Assembly: GCA_030390025.1 (NCBI GenBank) | Contig: CM059446.1 | Location: forward strand, 5,952,001 to 6,016,000 | DNA: 64,000 nt | Direction of reading: 5' to 3' | Origin: Squalus acanthias | Lineage: Eukaryota | Part shown: piece by piece, positions 24,876-37,205 of the stretch | How positions within the stretch are numbered: the stretch's first letter is position 1 | Layout of the letters: the number at the start of each line of letters is the position of its first letter | Made by a program: the position numbers and the translations under genes | The notes under the pieces: model-generated | What the model saw: the letters and a program-made list of their open reading frames with translations, nothing else | What the model was told of the DNA's origin: nothing | Database searches by the model: none

Positions 24876-25574
24876 GAACAGCCATGGAACATTTCGTATG
24901 GGAATTCCAATGTGCAAATATTTACACTTGCCTGTTCAATTTCCCTGTGACCTGTGTAGCTGGTGCTCTTAATAATCTGCACACTGACTTGCAACGGCTC
25001 TTTGAAATACCACTGTGTGGTGCTGGCTTCCCTTTTCTACACAAGTCGCTCAAAAAACCATCTGAAAAATGATTGTTCTCCATTTCATTTTCTTAACAAT
25101 TGAAATTTCAACTTTCCAGGTTATGATGTTATACACAATTTTAAAAAGTTACATATTCCACACAAATAATGGATGGTCAATAAATCTGCAAGTGGTGCCC
25201 ATATACCGAGAATGAATATTTTAAAAAAAACGTATCCATTGATTTGTGTCTTGTGTCTTTGAATTAAAATGCTCACTTTGAAGTTCTCCTGTTACCATTT
25301 TGCGAAGATGCGTCAGTACCACTCAGTACGCTGGAATATTTTTCTTTTGCTTCTGGAAAATACTGCGCCATTTGTTTCCAAAATTATTTTAAGAGCTAGA
25401 AGACAAATTTCAAAAACTTTATTCGGATAAAATTTATTTGTGTTTCTTCAAAACAGGGAGGCAGTGAGAGAGAGTGAAACTGTGATGGACCAAACTGATT
25501 ACATGCACATTGTAGCTTTCATTTTATGTTCTATAAACTTTAGAATGCATATTAAGCTGAGAGAGAGAGACAGT

Positions 25575-26432
25575 GGCCGTGATTTTATCAATGGAGGTGG
25601 GTTGGGTGTGGATCAGGCGGTTTCCGGCTTCCAGTCCCGCCCCCAGCTGCATCCGGCCCACAAACGTGATTTTACGTTGATTGACCTTGTTAAGCCCGCC
25701 CTGTGGGCTTGCCGGCCAATTAAGAGGAAGCGGGTTGGATGACATCATTTGATGATGCGTCATCTGCCGGTTTCCTTAAAGGGACCACGCACAATTTTTT
25801 TTTTTGACAGCTGATTTCTCAGTGTTTGACAGCATTGAGGTGCTGCAAACACTGACAATCACTGCACAAAGGTGACCTCTTGCACCCAGGCTCTCCAATA
25901 ACTCCCTCCATAGGCTGGAATAGATGGCAGCTGCAGGTGAGGTGACGGAAGCGATCTGTCACTGGTGAGAGAGGTTCTCCCAGTGAGGTGGCACTGGACA
26001 TGGATTTCAAAACTTGTAACCTAAAGAAATGTGTAAATGTATTAAAAATGCATTTCCCAACATTTCCTTACCTCTGAGACTCGCCAGTACAACATTGGAT
26101 CCTTCACACCACTTCTGCAGCTGTCATCAATCCAGAAACATTACAGCAGACTCACAACACGCCACACTTAACCTGGCGTGGTGTCCGGACGTCGGAAAAC
26201 CCGAGCCAGAAGTGGCAAAATTCAAAAATAGCCTGGCAACTACCTGTTAATAGGCAGGTAATTGGCTTTAAATCCTCTTCCCGCCGCTAGGTGTCGGGTC
26301 CATGCGCAAATCGGGGACCCGACACTTGGGAAAATGGTTTGGAGGTGGGTTGACGGCGGGATCGCAATCCGCTGTCAATCAAACCGATTTTAACCTTTGA
26401 CCTGCCCTCTGAGCGCCGGCAAAATCCAGCCC
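25575..26432. mobile_element. Older MITE/non-autonomous DNA transposon, Harbinger-like
   Basis: Imperfect TIRs ggccgtgatttt / aaaatccagccc, with agt immediately outside both ends (possible 3-bp TSD). Confidence 0.55.
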
Positions 26433-27861
26433 AGTGTCTTTCCTCCTGTGATTTGAGTTCATTAAAAAAAAAATAAACAAGGGTTGAATTTTAAAGTAAA
26501 CCCCAAGCTTCTATCACCTGTTTATGCTGACAGTAAAAAATGCAAGTATTCTAGTTTCTGGTACCTGTGAGCACGAGATAGAGAGCAAGTTAGAAAATGC
26601 AACTAATCTATTCACTGACACTTGCGAGACTGAGTGGTTGACGGTTAGAAAGTGTTCTAATTACTGACACCTGTGAGAAGCAGAGAGTGTGTGTGCCTGA
26701 ATATCGTTCCTCGTCCTAATGAGTTTCATAAAGTTGTAATTTGAAAGCAACGAATCCTCTGAGGGAAATGGATTCGAGGCGGGGTGGGGGGGGGTGGAAG
26801 GGAGGAGGTGGGTAGTGAGGGATCCTTTGGCCTCTCGTCACTCGCCTTTTGGGGGGAGTAAGTAGAGTGAGGATGGAGGGTTAAGAGTGAGTTGAGTGAC
26901 AGTGGAATGAGTGCAGGGGTGGGCGAGGTATGCAGGGATTGATCAGGTCATTCAAAGGGAAGGTGTCAGTGATGGGAGTCGGGGGCTGATAGCAAGGGGA
27001 AGGTGTAGGAGACATAAGAGGATTGGGGATAACCGGAGTGATCGGAAAAGGGCAGCTGAGGGCTGTTGGTGCAAATTCTGCCCTCAATTCCCCCACCAGC
27101 CTGCTGCCCCTGGTCCCTCTTCCTTGCCACGCCACGCGACTCATTATCCCCTACTGAAATATGTAGGCGCACAAGGCACCAGAGAGAAAAGCAAAGCATA
27201 GAGTTAGGGGTAGAGACAAACAGAAGAGGAGAAACAGAGAGAAACAGCCGCTCGAAGATGACAGATGGGTAAGAGAGAGACAGACCATATTCTCTGACAC
27301 TGCAATGCTACAGGAGATCCAGTAGCATAAAAAAAAATCGATAGCCAGAAGTCGATAGGCTTTGTTGTTTAAGACATCACCTGAGTAAGTTCAAATCACA
27401 TCCTAAAAGTGCGAGTGGTTTATGACTGTCTCTCAATTTTAGATTGCATCCTTGAAATCACTTTTTCCTCATTTGTTGTTACATTAAGGATATTTTTCTT
27501 TTATCATTACAATTTTTTAGACTTTGATATCCTCAATCATGGGAAGTATGAGGTAGGAAATGTGAAATTTCTTTTGAGCCGTCTACCCCTCCCGCCCCGC
27601 GCGACTGAATCGCTGCCCCCTTGCTGTTCACACGCAAATCTCACTTGCTTTCCTTCTCTGTCTCGTTCTATCTCTCTTCGTTCCTGCTTTGTTGTCTCTT
27701 CTGCACACACCAGTCAATCAAAACATGAACCGGAACCTGCGGCTGAGTCTTCAGTGGAACTCTGAAGGAATAATCCACTCACGATGACAGCATCAGTGAG
27801 GAGCAGCAGTGGGGACCGTGCTGCTCTTCATCAGCCGGTTCCTTCTGATATTTGTGTTGTG

Positions 27862-28238
27862 CTACGCCTCAATCATAAAATTCTCATCCTTGTTTACAAA
27901 TCCCTCCACGGCCTCGCCCCTCACTATCTCTGTAACCTCCAACGACCGTCACAGATCTCTGCGCTCCTCCAATTCTGGCCTTTTGTGCATCCTCCGATTT
28001 TAATCGCTCCACCATTGGCAGCCGTGCCTTCAGCTGCCTGGGCCCTAAGCTCTGATATTCCCTCCCTAAACCTCTCCGCCTCTAAGGTGCTCCTTAAAAA
28101 CTACCTCTTTGACCAAGCTTTCGGCCGTCTGTCCCAATATGTGGCTCGGTGTCAAATTTTGTTTGATAACGCACCTGTGAAGCCCCTTGGGACGTTTTAC
28201 TATGTTAAAGGCGCTATCTCAATGCAGGTTGCTGTTGT
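27862..28238 (+). mobile_element. L2-type LINE 3' end
   Basis: KILILVYKSLHGLAPHYLCNL motif and L2 tail. Confidence 0.85.
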
Positions 28239-28867
28239 ATTGGTGGAAAGCTCTCATTTGATTTTGTTTTAGGGTCATAGTAATTCAAGATTTAATGAAA
28301 AAGGATAATTTAATATACACTACATCAACTCAAACTCTGCTTTCAGACTGCAACTTGCAGGCTCCTGTTTTGTGTAGTCTGGATCTAATCGATTGCCTAA
28401 GTGATAAATTGTCAGATTCTGATTGTTAAGGAAATATTTCAGAATTATGTACTGAAACATAGAACACCGACTGAAGTAAGGGAACAGCCATAAATGCTCA
28501 TACTGTATGATTATAATTGGTTGCTAGATTGAATTTACTTGGTCCTGTTATTTTGCGTCTCCTAAGTTATTTCTAGATTGTACAATGAAGAGAAAGAAGG
28601 AACAAATGTGCCTTTCATGTCTTCAGGACATCCCAAAGCGCTGAACTGACGTCTAATTACTTTTCAAGCACTGCCACTGTAGGTAACGTGGCTGCCAATT
28701 TCTGTACAGCAAGATCCCAAAAAAAGCAAATGTAATGAATGTTCAGTTCATCTGTTTGGGAGGTGTTGAGGGATGAAAGTTGGTCAGGCCACCAGGAGAA
28801 CACCATGCAATTCTTTGACTTCCATTTTATATAGTAGATTTCGCAAGCTCAAGGCATTCGGAAGCGC

Positions 28868-29237
28868 TTTTTTAATTCGTTTATGGGATGTGGGCGTCGC
28901 TGGCAAGGCCAGCATTTATTGCCCATCCCTAGTTGCCCTTGAGAAGGTGGTGGTGAGCCGCCGCCTTGAACCGCTGCAGTCTGTGTGGTGAAGGTGCTCC
29001 CACAGTGCTGTTAGGGAGGGAGTTCCAGGATTTTGACCCAGCGACGATGAAGGAACGGCCGATATATTTCCAAGTCAGGATGGTGTGTGACTTGGAGGGG
29101 AACCTGGAGGTGGTGGTGTTCGCATGCGCCTGCTGCCCTTGTCCTTCTAGGTGGAAGAGGTCGCGGGTTTGGGATGTGCTGCCGAAAAAGCCCTGGCGAG
29201 TTGCTGCAGTTCGTCTTGTAGATGGTACACACTGCAG
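28868..29237 (-). mobile_element. LINE family X 3' fragment
   Basis: Reverse complement of the 3' part of 36655-37205. Confidence 0.85.
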
Positions 29238-29255
29238 TACTCCCTCAATACTGCA

Positions 29256-30537
29256 GCAACAACAACAACTTGTATTTATATAGCGCCTTTAACGTAGTAA
29301 AACGTCCCAAGGTGCTTCACAGCAGTAATATGAGACAAAAAATTTGACAGAGCCACAAAAGGAGAAATTAGGGCAGGTGGGTCAAGGAGGTAGGTTTTAA
29401 GGAGCGTCTTAAAGGAGAAAAGAGAGGTGGAGAAGTTTAGGCAGGGAATTCCAGAGCTTAGGGCCCAGGCAACAGAAGGCACGGCCACCAATGGTTGAGC
29501 GATTATAATCAGGGATGCTCTGGAGGGCAGAATTAGAGGAGTGCAGATATCTCCGGGGTGGGAGGGGGCAGGGGAGGGTTGTGGTGCTGGAGATTCGAAA
29601 TAGGGAGGAGCGAAGCCATGTAGGGATTTGAAAACAAAGATGAGAATTTTGAAATAGAGGTGTTGCTTAACCGGGATCCAATGTCGGTCAGCGAGTACAG
29701 GGGAGATGGGTGAACGGGACTTGGTGCGAGTTAGACACGGGCGGCCGAGTTTTGGATGACCTCAAGTTTACGTAGGGTAGAACGTGGGAGGCCAGCCAGG
29801 AGTGCGTTGGAATAGTCAAGTCTAGAGGTAGCAAAGGGATGATTGATGAGGGTTTCAGCAGCGGATAAGCTGAGGTAAGGGTGGAGACCGGCGATGTTAC
29901 GGAGGTGGAAATAGGCGGTCTTTGTTATGCCGCAGATATGTGGTCGGAAGCTCATTTCAGGGTCAAATATGACACCAAGGTTGCGAACAGTGTGGTTCAG
30001 CCTCAGACAGATGTTAGGGAGAGGGATGGAGTCAGTGGCTAGGGAACGGAGTTTGTGGCGGGGACCGAAAACAATGGCTTCGGTCTTCCCAATATTTAAT
30101 TGGAGAAAATTTCTGCTCATCCAGAACTGTATGTCGGACAAGCAGTCTGACAATTTAGAGATCGTGGAGGGGTCGAGAGAAGAGGTAGTGAGGTAGAGCT
30201 GGGTGTCGTCAGCGTACATGTGGAAACTGACGCTGTGTTTTCGGATGATGTCGCCAAGGGGCAACATGTAGATGAGAAATAGGAGGGGGCCAAGGATAGA
30301 TCCTTGGGGGACACCAGAGGTAACGATGCGGGAGCGGGAAGAGAAGCCGTTGCAGGTGATTCTCTGGCTACGATTAGATAGATAAGAATGGAACCAGGCG
30401 AGTGCAGTCTCACCCAGCTGGACGACGGTGGAGAGGCGTTGGAGAAGGATAGAGTGGTCAAACATGTCAAAGGCTGCAGACAAGTCAAGAAAGGCGAGGA
30501 GGGATAGTTTACCTTTGTCACAGTCACAAAGGATGTC
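29256..30537 (-). mobile_element. L2-type LINE, 5'-truncated, with reverse transcriptase remnant
   Basis: ORF 29731-30483: LSAAFD, GVPQGSILGPLLF, YADDTQLY, LNIGKTE, SRLDYSNALL; (caa)n tail at the left end. Confidence 0.95.
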
Positions 30538-32204
30538 ACTGGAGTGTCAGCCTAGATTTTGTGCTCAAGTCCCAGGCATGGGACTTGGAACCCACAACCT
30601 TCTGACTCAGCTGAGAGTGCTACCATTGAGCTGACCCCTGTTGTGCCATGGGATCTCTTATGTCCACCTCAACAGACAGATGGGGGCTCAGTTTCATGCC
30701 TCATCTGAAAGGTGGCATCTCTGACAATGCAGCAATTTCTCCTCTCTGCACTGAACTGCCAGCCTAAATTATGTACTCGTATTCTGCCGACTGGGCTCGC
30801 AGTCTTCCAACTCCGAGGCAAAGGAGAAAGCCAGAGAATAATAAATGTTGTGACCCTTCTCAAGTCACGTCAAATAACCGTGCACTCTGATTCCTTGGAC
30901 ACCAGATGCAACTTTGGTTCTGAATGATGTGTGTCCAAAATACAGTGCCCGGGTGATGCAAATGAAAGGTTAAAGGCCCATGCAGCTGAAGACAATTCAG
31001 TTCTCTCTGCCGTGCACTGTTGCTCTTTATTGTATTTGACTTTGTAAGTCTTACAGCTGGGTACTGTAACTGATTCATTCCACAGTGGGAAAAGGTTAAC
31101 TGCAGCTTCTGTTTTATTGTGCCTTTAAAACTCTGGAAATTGCCTGATGTGATATTAATATTTGAACACTATATGTATTTGTGTCGAATTCTTTGTCTGC
31201 CATTTAAACGGAGGCGTTAACACGTTTAAAGCAAATGCCTCTGTTAAAATAACACGAGGGAGGGATTTGATGCCGACATGTTAGCTGTTCCTACGTTATT
31301 ACCAGACTCATCGTTTCCACGGCCAAAAATTTTTCCATAATTCCTCGAGCAGTGTTTATCCAACAAACACAAAAATTAGCATAAAAACAAGAGCTTCGGA
31401 GAGTGGGCGCTCTTCACAAAAGGGTTTATCCGTTTCCAAAGTAGCTGCTTCCTGCACGATGAAATCAGAGGATCAGAGAAATTTACGGCACAGAAGGAGG
31501 CCATTCGGCTCACTGCGTCAGTGCCGGCCAAAAAAAGAGCCATCCAGCCGAAATCTCTTCTTTTTTCAAAATCTATTTAAAGGCCAGAAGGGTGCGTGCA
31601 GCTACCGAAACCACTTCAGTTCACTCTCGAATTGCAGGTATCCTTACAGCAACATTTCAGTCAGGGTCCTTTAGCAGTACAAATTACCCGGGGGATTCAG
31701 AACCTGCCAATGCTTTTTTTTTTCCTCCGTTTTATTTGATGCGTTTGTTTTACATTCGGATCGATTGAAGTGATGTGTGTCCTGTCACCACCGCTCTTAT
31801 GCAGCGTGACGGGCACGCTTCATGTTCTGCATCCCCTGAGCACTAGTAACTTCTCGCCGGGCATTTGGTTTCCCCGTCGTTGAGTGCCACATGTAGTGGA
31901 AACAGCTTACACCGCTCCTGCGATTCTTGTGTAGCCACGATCAGGGACAAGCAGCCCAATTGCGTTGGGAGTGTCTTTGAACCGGGGAATATTGAGGCAA
32001 TTACTGTGAATGAGAGGACTCTCCCAGCCTGCTTTGCTCCTTAATTACACAAATTAGGGTTGTATTCCCTGGAAATTAGAAGGTTAAGGGGCGATCTGAT
32101 TGAAGTTTTCAGCATATTAAGGGGAACAGATAGGGTAGATGGAGAGAAACTATTTCCGCTGGTTGGGGAGTCTAGGACTAGGGGGCATAGTCTTAAAAAT
32201 TAGA

Positions 32205-32452
32205 TACCTTCTAATGTGGTACCTTCCTGGCTGACCTGATTAACTTTATCACACCTCGGCAGATAGTCAGGATGATTTAATTTAGTTGTCTGCAATTGTA
32301 AGGTACACATGCTTTGTTCTCTATCTATATATGCTTTGGCGATTCTGTATCTATTTACTTCACCTGAGGAAGGGGCAATCGATAGCTCCGAAAGCTTGTG
32401 ATTTCAAATAAAACTGTTGGACTATAACCTGGTGTTGTGCGACCTCTCAATT
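32205..32452 (+). mobile_element. Penelope-type pLTR fragment (hammerhead family A) with 12-bp TSD
   Basis: Flanked by ttaaaaattaga (32193-32204 and 32453-32464); its 3' part is homologous to the pLTR of the GIY-YIG element at 60670-60755. Confidence 0.85.
32360..32401 (+). ncRNA. Minimal type I hammerhead ribozyme motif
   Basis: tcac-CTGAGGA-a-ggggc/aatcgata/gctcc-GAA-AGCT-T-gtga. Confidence 0.72.
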
Positions 32453-32857
32453 TTAAAAATTAGAGCCAGACCTTTCAGGAGTGAAATTAGGAAACACTTC
32501 TACACACAAAGGCTGGTAGAAGTTTGGAACTCTCTTCCGCAAATGGCAATTGATGCTAGATCAATTAATTTTGAATCTGAGATTGATAGATTTTTGTTAA
32601 CCAAAGGTATTAAGGGATATGGGGCAAAGGCGGGTATATGGAGTTAGGTCACAGATCAGCCATGATCTCACTGAATGCGGAACAGGCTCGAGGGGCTGAA
32701 GGGCCTCCTCCTGTTCCGATGTTAGTACCAGACGGTATTGATTATAAGTTGTTGGTGGCATCAAAGATTTCTGAATCTATTGTTGAGAAGGTAAATTTAC
32801 CAGTCTGCCCTCTGTTGCCACAATTTCAGACACATTTCTTTGATTCTGGCAAAATAC

Positions 32858-33272
32858 TAAGTCCCACTCCAGAGACTTGAGCACAATAGTCTAGGCTGAC
32901 ACTCCCAGTGCAGTACTGAGGGAGTGCCGCACTGTCGGAGGTGGCGTCTTTCAGATGAGACGTTAAACCGAGGCTCCGTCTGCCCTCTCGGGTGGATGTA
33001 AAAGATCCCACGGCACTATTTGGAAGAAGAGCAGGGGAGTTATCTCCGGTGTCCTGGGGCCAATATTTATCCCTCAACCAACATCTCAAACACAGATGAT
33101 CCAGTCATTATCACACTGCTGTTTGTTGGAGCTTGCTGTGCACAAATTGGCTGCCGCTTTTCCTACATTACAACAGTGACTACACTTCAAAAAGTACTTC
33201 TACTTCATTGGCTGTAAAGCGCTTTGGGACGTCCGGTGGTCATGAAAGGCGCTATATAAATGCAAGTCTTTC
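32858..33272 (+). mobile_element. DeuSINE (SacSINE1-like), head truncated
   Basis: Deu core and tail gaaaggcgctatataaatgcaagtcttt. Confidence 0.85.
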
Positions 33273-33402
33273 TGCCTTGCTTTCCAATTTGACACAAAAA
33301 AAGGAATGCGAGTGAGGAAAAGGTGATCTTAATTAAATACGGGTTTGTTCAACACTACTTTAGATTTGCTTTCAGAGCACAGATAAGGCAAAGATTGCGT
33401 TA

Positions 33403-33650
33403 GAAAGAAAGAATTTGGATTTGTATAACTCCTTTTGCGACCTGGGGATGCCCAAAAGCGCTTTACAGCCAATGCAATACATTTTGGAGTGTAGTCACTG
33501 TTGTAATATAGGAAACAACGCAGCCAATTTACACACAGCAAGCTCCCACAAACAGCAGTGTGATAATGACCAGATAATCTGTTTCTGGTGATGCTGGTTG
33601 AGGGATAAATATTGGCCTGCCAATACTCCCCTGCTGTTCTCTTCCCTCGA
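33403..33650 (-). mobile_element. DeuSINE 3' half
   Basis: Reverse complement of the SINE tail. Confidence 0.8.
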
Positions 33651-35351
33651 GAAATAAATTCCTCTTTTCCTGGAAAACAGGAGAATGCCTCTGGTTTTTC
33701 TCCGTAATGAGAGCGACTCTCAAACAAAATAGCGGGAATACTCAGCCGCGACGTGTGATTTGAGACTGTCGTTTTATTAGAGGGTTGGTTATCAGGGAGA
33801 AAAATTGGCTTTCTCCCATTTTTTAAAGGAAAAAATTCACTGGCCTTGATGTGTTTTTAAGTGTAGGAAAATGGGTCAAAAATGATTACTTTTTCCAGCG
33901 TTTGAATTTTCACCAAATTCAAGTCGTGGGCTCTCTATGTAGAGTGTAGCAACATGTACTGCATGCATAAAAATAATGTTATGTTGTTTATTATAGCCTG
34001 AATTGGTCAAAATACATTTGCTTTCCATTTTCTGATCTGTTTTTCCCATCTTGCGCTCAGCCTGCTTTATTTTTTTTTTTTGCTTTTCTTTGCCTTTGTG
34101 CAGAATTCTTTTCTCCCATAAATCTCTTCCTTCAGCCCTGTTTATATTGTCTTAACTCTCAAGGCTCTCTCACTTTGAGGTTTATCACCAGCCCTCTACT
34201 CTGCATTCTGCAGTCTCTTTCCCGTCTCCTTACGTCTGACCTTTAAAATTGATTGCTTGATCTCAGAAATGGGATTTTTTTTTTTTTAATAAGTATCTGT
34301 TCTATTAAACTCTTAAATTCCATCTCCTGATCTCCAGCTCAAACCTACTCGCTCAGTATTTATCTCCCCGCACTGTCCACATGTGACTGCACATCGAAGC
34401 CTCATTTTGAATACAAGATGGCATCTGATGGGGCTTCTGTACTCATCAAATGTTCACTCACTCATGGGACAGAGACGGCGCGACAATGAGAAAATCCAAA
34501 ATGACTTTAAAAGCTTGGACCAAAAATAGAAACCTAAGCCCGGAGAGAGTGGATACGGAGGGAGATTTGAGAGGGAGATAGATCTGAGATTGGCGAGATA
34601 AGGAAAAATAAATAGAGCAGCACCTAACCATAAAATTGGTATAGGGAAAGTAGGAAACGATCTGTTTTCTGTGTCTCCGCCGCTCTCCATCCCAAAGTGT
34701 GTGCAGTGGTTGAGTCCTGGTATTAAATATGAGTTGGATACGCACTGGTATGATGTACATGTTCCCTATGTTCCAAGTTGCCTCCGTGTGGGGGGCAGCT
34801 CCGAGGAATTTCTTGCTGTACTTTCAATGACTGAGTTGGATAGTGTTGCATTCTGCCTTCATGCCATGGGTCAGTGCCTTTATTGCTGATTACATTTATT
34901 AAGTTATGGGAAACTCTTCGAGGCAAAATGGCAAACCTGAAATTCCAGTGTAAGGTTCAAATTTAAAAAAATGAAACAAAAAAATAAATGCTGGAACCTG
35001 TGAGATTTATGTGGATTGGAGTTACTGAACAGGCCTGTAATTAAAATGAAATCTTTAAGGGTTTTAGAAAATCAGCATGCAACACCTATGCTTGAAAGAT
35101 CTAAAGACATCTCTCTTCTGAACTTTAACATTTCTCATTGCCTGTGGCACTCTCTAACTGCTACTTCAAGCCTTGCCATTTTTTGAGTGAAAGTTGATTG
35201 CATTTATACCTAAGATTTCTGAAAAAATTTGCATTCTGATTCACCCTTCGAGACCTGCTGATGTTCCCGTTGCAGATTGAACCTGACAGCTTGGAGGTTG
35301 TTTGGTTTTACCTGCACTGAGGAGCCCCTGGAGGAGTCAAAGGCTAATATA

Positions 35352-35668
35352 ATACAGCACAGAAGGAGGCCATTTGGCACATCATGTCCTGTGCCTGCTC
35401 TTTGACAGATCTATTGAATTAGTCCCACTCTCCCCTACCCTTTCCCCCTAGCCCTGCAAATTTTTACTCTTCAAATATTTATCCAATTCCCTTTTGAAAG
35501 TTACTTGAATCTGTTTCCACCGCCCTTTCAGGCAGCGTGTTCCCGATCACAACAACTCACTGCGTAAAAAAAAATTCCTCCTCCTGTCGCCTCTGGCTCT
35601 TTTGGCAATTATCTTAAATCTGTGTCCTCTCGTTGCCGATGCGCTTGCCACTGGCACCAGTTTCTCTT
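35352..35668 (-). mobile_element. CR1 LINE 3' end
   Basis: Reverse-complement similarity to 52540-52855. Confidence 0.75.
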
Positions 35669-36654
35669 TGTCGCAGAATGCTGCACTTCCTCAAAGCAGG
35701 TGCGCTGTCTTAATATTGCGCGGTACAATCCAGTTGGGAAGGAAAATTCAGGATAATAACTCGTCTGCAATGATAGCGCAGTAACTGTTGGTGCCCAGTT
35801 TGAAAGCCACAGTGGAATGTTTCACGTAAGTTTCAAGTTAAGCGCGAGCGGCTCTCCAGTGGCATTGCTCACAGTCAGCTGTCAGAGTCTGTCAGAGATG
35901 TGGGCGGATACAGTGAAGCAAGTGGCTAGCGGGCAAGTGCTTGCAAATAGGACAAACTAATCTAAGTGAAACGGGGTATTTTATACCAAGACATTTAAAG
36001 TGAGACGCCCACTGTATGCAAGACTTCTAATACGTCACTAGATTTCCCAGGGCATTGCTCATGTCATTGGCAGATTTGTTTCATGAAGTTGTTGCATTTG
36101 CACATTAATTGCCCATTAAACTCGCCACAGAAAGATAAGTCACATAATTAATAGTATAAGTACCCTTTTAAGGTTGTGATAATTGTTAATGACTGCCAAT
36201 CAACCTCTCTTGCCCAGAAAGTGAACAATTAAAAGTCTGGAGTCCCATTCCTTCAGGTAGTGAATTGTTGTTGGAGATTTTTAAAATATAAAATTTTAAA
36301 TTTGTAACTTTATTTCTTGCTTTTCCTTTCTGCTTTTTTTCTCTCTCTTAATCCAATCTTTTTTTCCCCCTCTCTATTTCTCTTTCTATACCTGATTTGA
36401 CATTGAATTCTCCCAGTCTAATTCGTCCTCCTTCTCAGTCCATCCTTTGTTTATTTTTCAATCATTAAATCTCATCGGTTAAGGAGATAGACTGTCGGTC
36501 CCGCCATTCACCAAGGTCCCAGATGCCCCCGTTGCCCTCGTCCCGCCGTTTTCAGCGCGCACTTCCAGCAACTTGCAGTGGAAGACGTTCTTGAGCTGAA
36601 GGGTGCAGGAAAATGTCTGTCTATCCAATGCCCCGTTCCAGCAAATACTAGCCC

Positions 36655-37205
36655 ATTTCCACCATCTACAAGGCACAGGTCAGGAGTGTGATGGAATACT
36701 CTCCACTTGCCTGGATGAGTGCATCTCCAACAACAGTCGAGAAGCTCGACACCATCCAGGACAAAGCAGCCCGCTTGATTGGCACACCATCCACCACCTT
36801 AAACATTCACTCCCCCCACCACCGGCGCACCGTGGCTGCAGTGTGTGCCATCTACAAGATGCACAGCAGCAATTCGCCAAGGCTTCTTCGGCAGCACCTC
36901 CCAAACCCGCGACCTCTTCCACCCAGAAGGACAAGGGCAGCAGGCGCATGGGAACACCACCAGCTCCAAGTTCCCCTCCAAGTCACACACCATCCTGACT
37001 TGGAAAAATATCAGCCGTTCCTTCATCGTCGCTGGGTCAAAATCCTGGAACTCCCTCCCTAACAGCACTGTGGGAGTACCTTCACCACACGGACTGCAGC
37101 GGTTCAAGAAGGCGGCTCACCACCACCATCTCAAGGGCAATTAGGGATGGGCAATAAATGCTGGCCTTGCCAACGACGCCCACATCCCATCAATGAATTT
37201 TTTTT
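36655..37205 (+). mobile_element. LINE family X 3' fragment
   Basis: ORF 36688-37062 (MEYSPLAWMSASPTTVEKLDTIQDKAARLIG). Confidence 0.88.

Larger units (their letters stand above)
32030..32722 (+). mobile_element. CR1 3' fragment interrupted by a PLE/hammerhead insert
   Basis: Colinear with CR1 47880-48248 except for 32205-32452. Confidence 0.9.
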
